Positions 18,295 to 27,374 of a stretch of DNA of 64,000 nt are shown one piece after another. A program made the translations under genes and the position numbers. How positions within the stretch are numbered: the stretch's first letter is position 1; the number at the start of each line of letters is the position of its first letter. Location: the IMG/VR virus record IMGVR_UViG_3300032309_003726. One strand, given 5' to 3'. This DNA comes from an uncultured virus (IMG/VR IMGVR_UViG_3300032309_003726). Its lineage: Duplodnaviria; Heunggongvirae; Uroviricota; Caudoviricetes. Below the pieces are notes generated by a model. The model worked only from the letters and a program-made list of their open reading frames with translations. It did not search any database and was not told the DNA's origin.

Positions 18295-18995
18295 AAGAAC
18301 GTGTGTCTATAATCTTAGGTAAAAAAAATGTAATGTTGGTTGCACCCCACGGTGCAGACGACACCAATACAGATATTATTGCGGAACAGGCCGCAAAGGA
18401 ACTAAATTGTTATGCCGTTATAAACAGAGGTTTTGAGAGATCGGAGTTGGTTGATGTCAACAACGATAAAGCAAACTGCAATAGAATTGATCATTGCAAA
18501 CAAGACGTAGTTTACGAAGAGTTTCTCAAGCCAATAATTAAATTAAAAAATAAAATTGTCCACAAATGGCACAAAATAAGTGAATTAAATATTTTCTACA
18601 TTCATGGATGTGGTGACATAGTTCACAAAAGAGCCGGTGAAGAAGTTGCTATGGTGGTGGGCTACGGATTAGGGATAAAAAAAGATAGTCTGACTTGTCA
18701 ATTGTGGAGAAAAAATTTATTTTGTGATTGTTTTGAAAATGTTGTTAAAAAAAGTGTATTTGAAGGAAAGGGCGGTGGTAGATATGCCGGTAGAGATACA
18801 AACAACTTGAATCAATATTTTAGAAAACATAGTAATGACGCCATGGTTCAATCAATGCAACTAGAAATACCTTATAAATTTAGAAAGAATAAGGAAGAAG
18901 CATCAAACATGGGTACTGTGCTGGCTTTTGTGCTATCAAATTACTTAAAATACAACCACTATAATGATCAAAAATCAAGATTTAAGTTTTTATGA
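18291..18995 (+). CDS. Zn-carboxypeptidase-fold amidohydrolase (poly-gamma-glutamate hydrolase / N-formylglutamate amidohydrolase-like)
   Basis: VAPHG, YIHGC, MQLEI. Confidence 0.5.
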   Translation: MKERVSIILGKKNVMLVAPHGADDTNTDIIAEQAAKELNCYAVINRGFERSELVDVNNDKANCNRIDHCKQDVVYEEFLKPIIKLKNKIVHKWHKISELNIFYIHGCGDIVHKRAGEEVAMVVGYGLGIKKDSLTCQLWRKNLFCDCFENVVKKSVFEGKGGGRYAGRDTNNLNQYFRKHSNDAMVQSMQLEIPYKFRKNKEEASNMGTVLAFVLSNYLKYNHYNDQKSRFKFL

Positions 18996-18998
18996 AAA

Positions 18999-19661
18999 TT
19001 AATTTTTTGGAACCATGTTTTCTCTTGTTTTATTTAATAAATCACGAAGTTCTTTTTTAGAAAGCTTGTCATCATTTTTATAAATTTTTCTTAATTCCTT
19101 AACTTTTTCATAACTTAAATCATAATCAGCTTTTAAATTATTACAAATTGCACAACATGTTTGAAAATTAGATAAATCATTAGTTCCACCTTTAGATTTG
19201 GCAACTATATGATCTTTCGTCATCAAAACTAGTCTGCCGTTTTCCTCGGCATAAAAGTTAAAGTGAGGACACATATCGCCTGGGTTGATGTCTAGTATCA
19301 TATGTGTGCCTTGTAGGCCACAAGAAACACAACTTTTATTAGATTTAAAAACATGATAACGACTAGAATTCATTCGAACAAAATAACTTTTTTCTCCAAC
19401 AATAAATTCTTTTTTTTCATCTTCTTGTGTGACTAAAGAAAAGATTTCTTCCGGGTCGTATTTTTGTACATGAATTAACTTTTTACGATCTTTCATCTTA
19501 ACAAGATCTACTTGTATAGAAAAATCTTCAAAATCCTGACCATGAGGGTCAGTATCTATAATCTCATCTATTTGAGATTTAACTTTTTTCAAACACTCCT
19601 GGTAAGAATCGAGGGAATCAAACTTCCATGAGATTGTTATAACTGGTTTCCAACAAGACAT
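18999..19661 (-). CDS. HNH endonuclease
   Basis: CVSCG...TKDHIVAKSKGGTNDLSNFQTCCAICNNLK. Confidence 0.85.
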   Translation of the reverse strand: MSCWKPVITISWKFDSLDSYQECLKKVKSQIDEIIDTDPHGQDFEDFSIQVDLVKMKDRKKLIHVQKYDPEEIFSLVTQEDEKKEFIVGEKSYFVRMNSSRYHVFKSNKSCVSCGLQGTHMILDINPGDMCPHFNFYAEENGRLVLMTKDHIVAKSKGGTNDLSNFQTCCAICNNLKADYDLSYEKVKELRKIYKNDDKLSKKELRDLLNKTRENMVPKN

Positions 19662-19672
19662 CTGTTAACCGC

Positions 19673-19701
19673 CAAATACTAAACAATATATTTAGTATTT
19701 G
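19673..19701. repeat. Perfect 11-bp inverted repeat, possible operator
   Basis: CAAATACTAAA-N7-TTTAGTATTTG between MTase and HNH genes. Confidence 0.6.
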
Positions 19702-19706
19702 AAAAA

Positions 19707-20669
19707 TTAAAACAAACACTTGTCAATAATATTTTTTATTGAAAATCGACCTCTACCATATTTTTTTTGTAATTCTAAATGAATATTGCTTTTTTTAAAG
19801 CCTTCCTCTAACATCGAAAGATAATCTTTTTTTATAGAATTAATTTCTTCTTTTGATATTTTTTTTCCTTGATTCAAAGGTTTTAAATTTTCAACCTTTT
19901 TTAATTTCTTCAAATCACAGCCGTATTCAACCCCTTGTAATTTGGGCATATTGTATTCATAAGAGTTTTTATTAATCTCATATCCGGTAACTCTTCTACC
20001 GAGTTTTGTTGCAACAAAGGCAGTGGTAAAATTGCCCATAAAAAAATCACAAACTAAATCATTTTCGTTTGACGAATATAATATTAATTTTTTGATAACC
20101 TCCTCGGGCAACTTGTTTTGATTTTTTTTCTCTCCAAAAGCATATTCACGATTTACAATAAAAACATCCTCTAGATCTTGATATAATAAAGATCCATTCT
20201 TGTCATCTTTTTCTTGAGAACCAAATCTACAAAAGGTATTAAATTTAACTTGAGATTTTTTAGACTTCTTATAATAAAGAACATGATAATGAGATGTCAC
20301 AAATTTTTTCTTTGTGTAAACCCCAAAATTATATCTCCATACTAAATGATTTATTTCAAACAAGTCTAGTTTGTGGGCAGCATTGAGGAGGTGCCTAAGA
20401 TTTGTGTGTCCCATGAAAACATACATGGAACCATTAGGTTTCAAAACACGAACGGCTTCTGCTAGCCAATCGTGTGTCCACTTTTCATAATCATCAGGGG
20501 CTTCTTTGTATCCTTCGATTATATTGTTTTCATCTCGTTTATAATGTTTATCAAACGTAGACTCGCCCAAACCAAAGGGGGGATCAAAAATTCCCAAATC
20601 AACTGATTCGTTTGCGATTCTCTTGTCAACATCTATACAATCGCCTTGAAATATATTTACATTTTTCAT
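19707..20669 (-). CDS. N6-adenine/N4-cytosine DNA methyltransferase, beta class
   Basis: IFDPPF (motif IV) before VCDFFMGNFTT (motif I). Confidence 0.9.
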   Translation of the reverse strand: MKNVNIFQGDCIDVDKRIANESVDLGIFDPPFGLGESTFDKHYKRDENNIIEGYKEAPDDYEKWTHDWLAEAVRVLKPNGSMYVFMGHTNLRHLLNAAHKLDLFEINHLVWRYNFGVYTKKKFVTSHYHVLYYKKSKKSQVKFNTFCRFGSQEKDDKNGSLLYQDLEDVFIVNREYAFGEKKNQNKLPEEVIKKLILYSSNENDLVCDFFMGNFTTAFVATKLGRRVTGYEINKNSYEYNMPKLQGVEYGCDLKKLKKVENLKPLNQGKKISKEEINSIKKDYLSMLEEGFKKSNIHLELQKKYGRGRFSIKNIIDKCLF

Positions 20670-21166
20670 TTAGTCTTGTTTTTATCCAAAGCCCCCGCAC
20701 TGTCTGATAAGAACTTTTGAAAATGATCCCAAACTCCAAGATCTTTTATAAAATATTCAGCTAATTCGAGTTTTTTTTCTAAGTTCGATTTTTCTAAATT
20801 CTTTTTGATAATCGCCTTTGCTGATTCTTTTGTGTTTAGTTGATTTACAGCATCGCTATTTTCACCCATGTCAAAAAGTTGACCACTTGTAAGTTTGCTG
20901 CGAACCATTAGCAATTTGGCTTTAAGAAATATTGACTTTTCTTGCCTCATAGCCCTTCCAGCTAAAATATCTTTTTCTCTTGAACGAAAAACTTCTTTTA
21001 TTTGATTCATAACATCAAAAGCCTCTGAGTCTTCCGGTGGCATGGGTGCATTTTTTATCATTTGCAACACATGAAAATCATGGTTGCCCATCATTTCCCA
21101 GTCGCCCATAGCTTCTATTAAAGTTTCAATATCGTAAATGTTAAATTTAGATGTCAAAGCGTCCAT
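20666..21166 (-). CDS. Hypothetical protein
   Basis: 166 aa, ATGA-coupled to the MTase. Confidence 0.65.
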   Translation of the reverse strand: MDALTSKFNIYDIETLIEAMGDWEMMGNHDFHVLQMIKNAPMPPEDSEAFDVMNQIKEVFRSREKDILAGRAMRQEKSIFLKAKLLMVRSKLTSGQLFDMGENSDAVNQLNTKESAKAIIKKNLEKSNLEKKLELAEYFIKDLGVWDHFQKFLSDSAGALDKNKTK

Positions 21167-21184
21167 AATTTTTATTTTTCCTTT

Positions 21185-22936
21185 TTAAAAAGATCCAAAG
21201 CAACGGTCAATTTGCATGTTTTGATGTTGAATTCCTAAACTTTCAGCAAAGTCTTGCAAGTCATAGGAGTGATTTAATCCTCTTTGTTGACGATAAACTT
21301 TTTTAACCGCCAAGCGAAAGTCTTCTAAATCCACACCAGTGGTTGTGTTGTTTTCAATATCTCTATGCAACGCATTCATTTTAGCGATTTCTAAAATATT
21401 CGACAACATGGCTCCATTAACACAATTTCCAAGTGTAAAATCGTGTTCATTGTTAACTCTATACAAGGTGTGATTTTTAGAAAAAACGTCGGCTGTTGTT
21501 ATGCTTAAGATAACCTCTTTTTCTTCTTCTTTAGAAAAAGGAACTCCACCAGAATGAATCTTCAATATATCAATTGATGTAATTTCATTTGGCCTATCAA
21601 CTTTAATATGACGGCTGATTCTTCCTGGCCGAGTAATAGCAGGATCCAAAACATCAGCACGATTAGTCATCAGAATTACGATTGGATTCTCTTTTGTTTG
21701 AACGCTATCAATGCCGTCCATTTCTCCTAAAAACATTGGCACTATGGTATCGGCTATATCGCTACTTCTGCGTGTGCCACGTTGGGGCATGATCGCATCA
21801 GCTTCATCAATTGCAAGAATGGCCTTGTAGCCATGTTCACGATAATGCTTTCTACCACGTTCAAACAATTCACGAATTTCTCTTTCGGTATTGCCAACCC
21901 ACTTATCTAAAATTTCTGGAGATTTCACATAAATGTATGCCGAGTCTATTGCTTGTTTTCCATGAGTCTTTGCAATCGAATGAGCACACACTCTTGCAAG
22001 AAGAGTTTTCCCACATCCCGGTGGACCATATAACAAAACTCCACGCAAACCCTCTATGTTATAATGATTAAAAAGATGTGGATACAAAAAAGGAAACTCT
22101 AAAGCACTTTTTAATTCTTGTTTAGCAACATCTAATCCACCAACATCATCCCAACTCACATTCAAATCTTGGGAAATTTTATATTTTGAATGATTTTCTT
22201 TTTCAAGTTTTTTTGTAACAGAAAAAAGATTGTAGTCTGTTAGGACTCTATCGCCTTCTTCTAAGGTAAAATTTTTAGGATTGAAAATTAAAAATTTATC
22301 GCCCTTATATAAGACTTCTATATTTTGATCCAGAACGGCGGATACGATACAAATTGGGCCAGCGGGCAGATCCTCTGCCTTGTCAACTATGGCTTTATTA
22401 TCTGGTTTTACTTTTACTGAGTCGCCTACGCAAAGATCTAAAAATGGCAAACCTTGTATTTCCCATGGCTTGCCATCAATTTGCACAACAGCGTATGTGC
22501 CATCGGCTTTTTGTGTTAAACGAATTTGTGCGGATTGCTCTTGCTTTGAGCCTATAAAAAATCTTTCCTCTGTGTCGTCTACTAGCCTAACAAGAACGCC
22601 ACCGTTTTCATCAACAACACTATCGTAACTCGACGCAAGAACTATCTTGCCGCCTTTTTGAAAATGAGGGCTGTTTTCGTCAACGACAATAATTTCATCA
22701 TTGTTTTTGAAACAAGCAGGATCAACTATCTTGTGAACTTTGAGCAAATAACCATAAACCAAAGGTTCAGAAGATAATTTGGATATTATGTTGTGTTGGC
22801 GAACCAAATCTGATTTGCATTGTTCAATAATTTTTTTTAGTTCAGAAATTTCTTCGTTATGCTGCACGAGCATTCTACTTGTTTTTCTTTGAACTTCTCT
22901 TTCAATGTGTGATTGAATATCTTGTTGGTTTTCCAT
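21185..22936 (-). CDS. arc: Proteasome-associated ATPase ARC/Mpa homologue
   Basis: N-terminal coiled coil, beta-rich interdomain, GPPGCGKT, KSPEILDKWVGNTERxIR, IDEAD..RG..SSD..TIVP, LDPAITRPGR, GAMLSNI. Confidence 0.8.
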   Translation of the reverse strand: MENQQDIQSHIEREVQRKTSRMLVQHNEEISELKKIIEQCKSDLVRQHNIISKLSSEPLVYGYLLKVHKIVDPACFKNNDEIIVVDENSPHFQKGGKIVLASSYDSVVDENGGVLVRLVDDTEERFFIGSKQEQSAQIRLTQKADGTYAVVQIDGKPWEIQGLPFLDLCVGDSVKVKPDNKAIVDKAEDLPAGPICIVSAVLDQNIEVLYKGDKFLIFNPKNFTLEEGDRVLTDYNLFSVTKKLEKENHSKYKISQDLNVSWDDVGGLDVAKQELKSALEFPFLYPHLFNHYNIEGLRGVLLYGPPGCGKTLLARVCAHSIAKTHGKQAIDSAYIYVKSPEILDKWVGNTEREIRELFERGRKHYREHGYKAILAIDEADAIMPQRGTRRSSDIADTIVPMFLGEMDGIDSVQTKENPIVILMTNRADVLDPAITRPGRISRHIKVDRPNEITSIDILKIHSGGVPFSKEEEKEVILSITTADVFSKNHTLYRVNNEHDFTLGNCVNGAMLSNILEIAKMNALHRDIENNTTTGVDLEDFRLAVKKVYRQQRGLNHSYDLQDFAESLGIQHQNMQIDRCFGSF

Positions 22937-22945
22937 AAAATCTCC

Positions 22946-23004
22946 AAAAAAAAGCCCGATGATGTGAGGCTGGAGTCAAACCAGATCGTACACACCACCG
23001 GGCC
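22946..23004 (-). ncRNA. Candidate structured leader RNA / attenuator with T-loop-like arm
   Basis: 13-bp outer stem GCCCGGTGGTGTG/CACATCATCGGGC enclosing CTGG-TTTGACT-CCAG, then T8 and the GGAGA SD of the ARC gene. Confidence 0.45.
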
Positions 23005-23061
23005 ATAAATATATCAAAATATAATATAATCAGCAAATCTGATTTTGATTTGAGTTTTTTG

Positions 23062-23391
23062 TTAGATTACGGAGAACCAAATTTTTTTTGGAGGTTTGGT
23101 GAAATATTTCAATAAAGCTGGGCAGAACCAGCATTTTAGATTTTCTTCTTTCCAAGAATAAAGATTTCCATTTCTCAATGGTTTTTGAAAATCGAGACAA
23201 GAACGACCAAAACGAAAATCTGCAAAATGCACTTCAATATTTTGCATTAGATTGCTTTTTTGACAAGCACGAATTATCACCTCGGGAACCCCATCGGTAA
23301 GGGCCTCTTTGATTAATCCATTTTGTAGATCATCAAAAAACCACAATTTGTTGAGTGTGTAGGGCTTAAAAGAAAAACAAAATTTTTGCAC
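23062..23391 (-). CDS. Hypothetical protein (DUF6717-like)
   Basis: WFFDD...GL..EAL..G...WFCPALLKYF..PP; GTG start after GGAGGGAG. Confidence 0.6.
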   Translation of the reverse strand: MQKFCFSFKPYTLNKLWFFDDLQNGLIKEALTDGVPEVIIRACQKSNLMQNIEVHFADFRFGRSCLDFQKPLRNGNLYSWKEENLKCWFCPALLKYFTKPPKKIWFSVI

Positions 23392-23410
23392 GGCTCCCTC
23401 CGTTGCAAAT

Positions 23411-23446
23411 ATTTTTTGGGGGGCAGTTTTTGCCCCCCAAAAAAAT
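23411..23446. terminator. Bidirectional intrinsic terminator
   Basis: TTTTTTGGGGGGCA-GTTTT-TGCCCCCCAAAAAA. Confidence 0.75.
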
Positions 23447-23695
23447 TTAGGCTAAATATTTTTTATAGATCCAACAAAACAATACACCTCCAACTATTCC
23501 CATAACAAAGCCTGATGGCGAAATTGGACTACCACCCGCACCAATTAAATAGTTGATTAAGCCACCAACATAGCTGCCAGATATTCCGATACCAATTGTT
23601 GGAAGAAAACCTTGTGCTTCATTCCCAGGGTGGAACGCTTTTGCGATTAAGCCCACTAATAAGCCATAAAACAACCAACCAATTATATAAAACAT
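23447..23695 (-). CDS. GlsB/YeaQ/YmgE (transglycosylase-associated) membrane protein
   Basis: IIGWLFYGLLVGLIAKAFHPG...TIGIGISGSYVGG...GIVGG. Confidence 0.85.
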   Translation of the reverse strand: MFYIIGWLFYGLLVGLIAKAFHPGNEAQGFLPTIGIGISGSYVGGLINYLIGAGGSPISPSGFVMGIVGGVLFCWIYKKYLA

Positions 23696-23738
23696 AAATC
23701 CTCCTTTAGTTATGTTCTATTTTATTTAGGATTGTTAA

Positions 23739-24818
23739 TTAAATAGTTAATTGGACCAACTGCTCAACAGGAGGAGGAACCAGATCAAAACATTTAGGAT
23801 ATTCTAATTCTAAACCTAATTTTTTTGCCAGACTCATCGCCTTCTCAGACTCTTGTTTAAAAAGATCAACGTTTTTTTTATTGAGCAACAAATCTCCTAA
23901 TTTTACAATGCCTAATTGGTCTGAAGTAGGGATCATTGTTAGTTTTTCAACATTTAACTTGTGTGCTGTTTCCACCATTTTAGACATTTCGTGAACGTTC
24001 AACATGTTTATATTGTTGTAAATAGAAATTCTGTGTTGTTTTTTGCCACCAAATTTTTCTCTCATTTTAATCCATCTTTTTAAATTCTCTATTACTTGGT
24101 CATACAAATCAAGTCTTCTAATTTTTTTAAAAGTAATTGGATCGGCAGCGTCTAGCGACCAAGAAATATTGGATTTGGTGGTTGAATTAAAAAACTTTAA
24201 TGATGTTTTCTCATTCAAACAAGTTCCATTAGTATTTGTTGTAAATTCTATTTCATTTTTATATTTTTTAAAATCTAATTTTTCAAAAATTCTAAAAACT
24301 GCATCCTTCCAAAAAGGTTCTGCTATACCCAAAACACTTAAAAATCTTAAATAGGGCATTAATGATTTTGCTTTTTCACATAAAAAATCTGTCACATCTG
24401 GTTGGTCTGGTTTGTGAAAGTTTCTTGCACACATAATACAAGCTGGGTTATCCTCATCAGGTGTTTCTCCGCCGATATTGCAATGCTTATCCGGCAAACA
24501 TATTTCTAAAAATATTGGAAAACGAGAATTTTTATAAGATTCAAAATAAAAAGGTTTTTTTAACTTAGTGATAAATGGACAAACATTCCAAGAAGAACAA
24601 ACTGGGTGTAATTTTCCATTTTTTGTAAATTCTCTTACTTCTTTTGCAATAAAACTATTCCAAATATCTAAAACATCTGTTTTTTCATCTAATTTTCCCA
24701 GTTGGGTATGTTGATGGCAGCACATAGAAACTTCACCCCAACTAGTTAATATCACTTTTGTGAAAGGATTAGAGCAAAAAGCAAAATTAGTAGATTGATT
24801 GTCTGGGTTTTTTAACAT
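23739..24818 (-). CDS. SPASM/Twitch-first radical SAM enzyme (paralogue 1)
   Basis: FCSNPF..GEVSMCC..IWNS N-terminal SPASM; HCNIGGETPDEDNPACIMC; GIAEPF; TNTNG; SLDAA; ATG 24818 preferred. Confidence 0.8.
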   Translation of the reverse strand: MLKNPDNQSTNFAFCSNPFTKVILTSWGEVSMCCHQHTQLGKLDEKTDVLDIWNSFIAKEVREFTKNGKLHPVCSSWNVCPFITKLKKPFYFESYKNSRFPIFLEICLPDKHCNIGGETPDEDNPACIMCARNFHKPDQPDVTDFLCEKAKSLMPYLRFLSVLGIAEPFWKDAVFRIFEKLDFKKYKNEIEFTTNTNGTCLNEKTSLKFFNSTTKSNISWSLDAADPITFKKIRRLDLYDQVIENLKRWIKMREKFGGKKQHRISIYNNINMLNVHEMSKMVETAHKLNVEKLTMIPTSDQLGIVKLGDLLLNKKNVDLFKQESEKAMSLAKKLGLELEYPKCFDLVPPPVEQLVQLTI

Positions 24819-24872
24819 AAAATAATTTAGTGTATTATGTATTAATAAAATGTATATTAAATTATTAGGTGA

Positions 24873-26417
24873 ATGATGAGATATTATGGACTTTATGGTG
24901 GATTTCACGATTCCGGAATAGCAGTGTTGGATGAAAGTGGAAACTTAGAATTTTATGCCCACGCTGAGCGTTATGGAAGAAGACTTAAAACCGAAAATAA
25001 TCTTAGCGATATATTAGATTTCATACCTCCACCTAGTAAAGAAGATATTGTTTGCGTTCCTCCTTTGGGTCAAAACAATGAACTAATAGAAGGACAACAT
25101 CCAGTTGTTGCGATGAAATCAAAATTCAATGACTGGATGAAAAAACAAATAAGATATGAAGCAAATTATTGCGTAAGTCATCATTTGTGCCATATTTTAT
25201 CTTCTTGGTTTTTTAGAAAAAATGATGAAACTAGATTTGCTTTAGCTTTTGACGGAGCGGGACCAAATGCAGATGGCACAACTTTAGGAAGTTGTTTTTG
25301 TGGAATGATTGGCGAGGATGGTTTTTCTTTAAAGATTGTAGATCCGCCTATACCGAGTAGTTGTAGTTTGGGATCCATGTTAGGGTTTAATAGCGCAGGA
25401 AAGGCCATGGGTTTAGCAGGATTTCTTGAAAACAAAAATGAAAAATTCTCTGATGAAGATGTTGTTAGATTGGTTGAGTCTTTCACAAAACCTTACATGC
25501 CTCCCCCTGCTTGGTTATGGACTCCGGGTTCTTTAGAGTTTATTCCGAGTTTTCCTTGGTTTCCAAACCCCTCCGAAGAGGATCTTAAATTTATAGCGAA
25601 ATTTTATAATTTTTGGATAAATCGCATATGGAACTCAATAGAATTAAACTTACAAAATTTTATACCCAACAAAGAATTGGGCATAGTAGTTGGTGGCGGA
25701 ACATGTTTGGCACTTGAATTAAATACAAATATATCAAATTACACAAAAGACTTTGTTTTTGGGCCAGCTATAAACGATAGTGGATTAGTTTTAGGTGCGG
25801 CATGCTATGGTTATTTTCTAGATAAAGGAAAATGGCCAGCAGCTTTAAATACTCCATCAATCATGTATCTTCAAGAACCTTTACCGAAAACTGGAGTTCA
25901 AGAACCAAAAGAAGTAGCAAAATTAATTGCGCAAGATAAAGTTGTGGGCTTGCTTCGTGGAAAAGCGGAGTGTGGACCTAGAGCTTTGGGCTTCAGATCC
26001 ATTTTGGCAAACGCTAGTAAATACCAAAATTTAAAACGTGTTTCACAAGATCTAAAAGGAAGAGAATACTATCGACCACTTGCTCCAATGGTCACGGAAG
26101 AAAGTTTTAATCGATACTTTACTGGCCCAAAAGGAGAATACATGCAATTCAAGTGCGATTGCACTCTCGCAGCGCAAACCGAGTGTCCTGCTATAGTACA
26201 CAAGGACAACAGCAGCAGACCTCAGGTTGTGTGCAAGGATAGGGATCCTTGGTTGCATGAATTACTTGTCGAATATGGAAAAATGACCGGGAGCGAGTGC
26301 TTGATAAATACAAGTTTAAATGGTCCGGGAAAACCTATATGTAACACTTACAACGATGCTCTTTTGGATTTTGAGGACAAGGACATAGAACTAATTTCAA
26401 TTCCTTTAGATGATTAA
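24873..26417 (+). CDS. O-carbamoyltransferase (CmcH/NodU family)
   Basis: HDSGIA, HHLCH, DGAG, GKAMGLA, ECGPRALGFRSILA, REYYRPLAP, LINTSLN. Confidence 0.9.
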   Translation: MMRYYGLYGGFHDSGIAVLDESGNLEFYAHAERYGRRLKTENNLSDILDFIPPPSKEDIVCVPPLGQNNELIEGQHPVVAMKSKFNDWMKKQIRYEANYCVSHHLCHILSSWFFRKNDETRFALAFDGAGPNADGTTLGSCFCGMIGEDGFSLKIVDPPIPSSCSLGSMLGFNSAGKAMGLAGFLENKNEKFSDEDVVRLVESFTKPYMPPPAWLWTPGSLEFIPSFPWFPNPSEEDLKFIAKFYNFWINRIWNSIELNLQNFIPNKELGIVVGGGTCLALELNTNISNYTKDFVFGPAINDSGLVLGAACYGYFLDKGKWPAALNTPSIMYLQEPLPKTGVQEPKEVAKLIAQDKVVGLLRGKAECGPRALGFRSILANASKYQNLKRVSQDLKGREYYRPLAPMVTEESFNRYFTGPKGEYMQFKCDCTLAAQTECPAIVHKDNSSRPQVVCKDRDPWLHELLVEYGKMTGSECLINTSLNGPGKPICNTYNDALLDFEDKDIELISIPLDD

Positions 26418-27352
26418 TTAAGTAGACAATTAAATCGCTTGTTTGTCATTCTCATTATAGACGACATACAATAAGAAGGTAAGGGCATTTCGTGTCTAAA
26501 TATTTTTTTAATCAAATTTTTATTTAGAGATTTATTGATCAAATCATTTAATTCTTTTATCAACAAACACAAAACTCCTCTTTTGCCAACATTAAAACAA
26601 TGAACAGCGTGTATAAATTTTATTTTTTTAAATATTAACTCAAAATTATCAAATCTACCATAGTTTGCAAGAAAAATATGTTCTTGCGAAAATATAAAAC
26701 TTTCATCAAAATCTAATTTTTTTATGTTATTTATCTTTTTTTGTTTAAACAAATAGTGCATACAAATTTCATCATGTAAACTCTTAGAAGAATAATGTGG
26801 TATCACTTTGTGAAGTTCTTCATAAAAGTTTTCATTTTTCAAAGCTTCAACTATTGTATCGTTCCAAATTTCAAGCACTTTTTGATTTTGTTCTAATTTA
26901 TGATTAAAGTAAAAAAATCCGGTGTTAGCAGGTAAACAACAAAATTTACTATCGAGATAAGATTCACAAGATAAAGGTAAAAAGGGTCTGACAAAAAAAA
27001 TATCGGAGTCTACAAAAATTATATTATCCTCTGTTAAAAATTTAATATTTTTAGAAATATCTGATACTTTAGAACAGATTTTCCAGTATCTTGGGGACGA
27101 AGTGTCAACACTTGTTTTAGTTTTTACAACTTGAAAATTTAACGCTTGTTGAAATTCATCCCAATCTTTTTTTGGTCTTTCAAAATCACTAACATCTAAA
27201 ATCGTAATAGGAATTTTTTTATGAAAAGACCTAATTGTAGCAATAGATAAGACCACAGGATTTATTAGATCTTCATGTGGTTTAATATTAATATTATCAT
27301 TCCACCAATGATAAATAACATGTTTATTGTTTTCATTACAAATATTTAACAT
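26414..27352 (-). CDS. GT-A glycosyltransferase-like protein
   Basis: IFVDSDI, NTGFFYF, HDE. Confidence 0.6.
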   Translation of the reverse strand: MLNICNENNKHVIYHWWNDNINIKPHEDLINPVVLSIATIRSFHKKIPITILDVSDFERPKKDWDEFQQALNFQVVKTKTSVDTSSPRYWKICSKVSDISKNIKFLTEDNIIFVDSDIFFVRPFLPLSCESYLDSKFCCLPANTGFFYFNHKLEQNQKVLEIWNDTIVEALKNENFYEELHKVIPHYSSKSLHDEICMHYLFKQKKINNIKKLDFDESFIFSQEHIFLANYGRFDNFELIFKKIKFIHAVHCFNVGKRGVLCLLIKELNDLINKSLNKNLIKKIFRHEMPLPSYCMSSIMRMTNKRFNCLLN

Positions 27353-27374
27353 AAATTTATTTAGAATTATTAAA

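Noticed and set aside
22946..23004. tRNA gene
   Set aside because: Only a T-arm-like hairpin; no D-arm, anticodon arm or CCA, and too short. Kept as a candidate leader RNA
20666..23391. Pup/UBact modifier next to the ARC ATPase
   Set aside because: No small disordered ORF ending GGE/GGQ or similar found nearby
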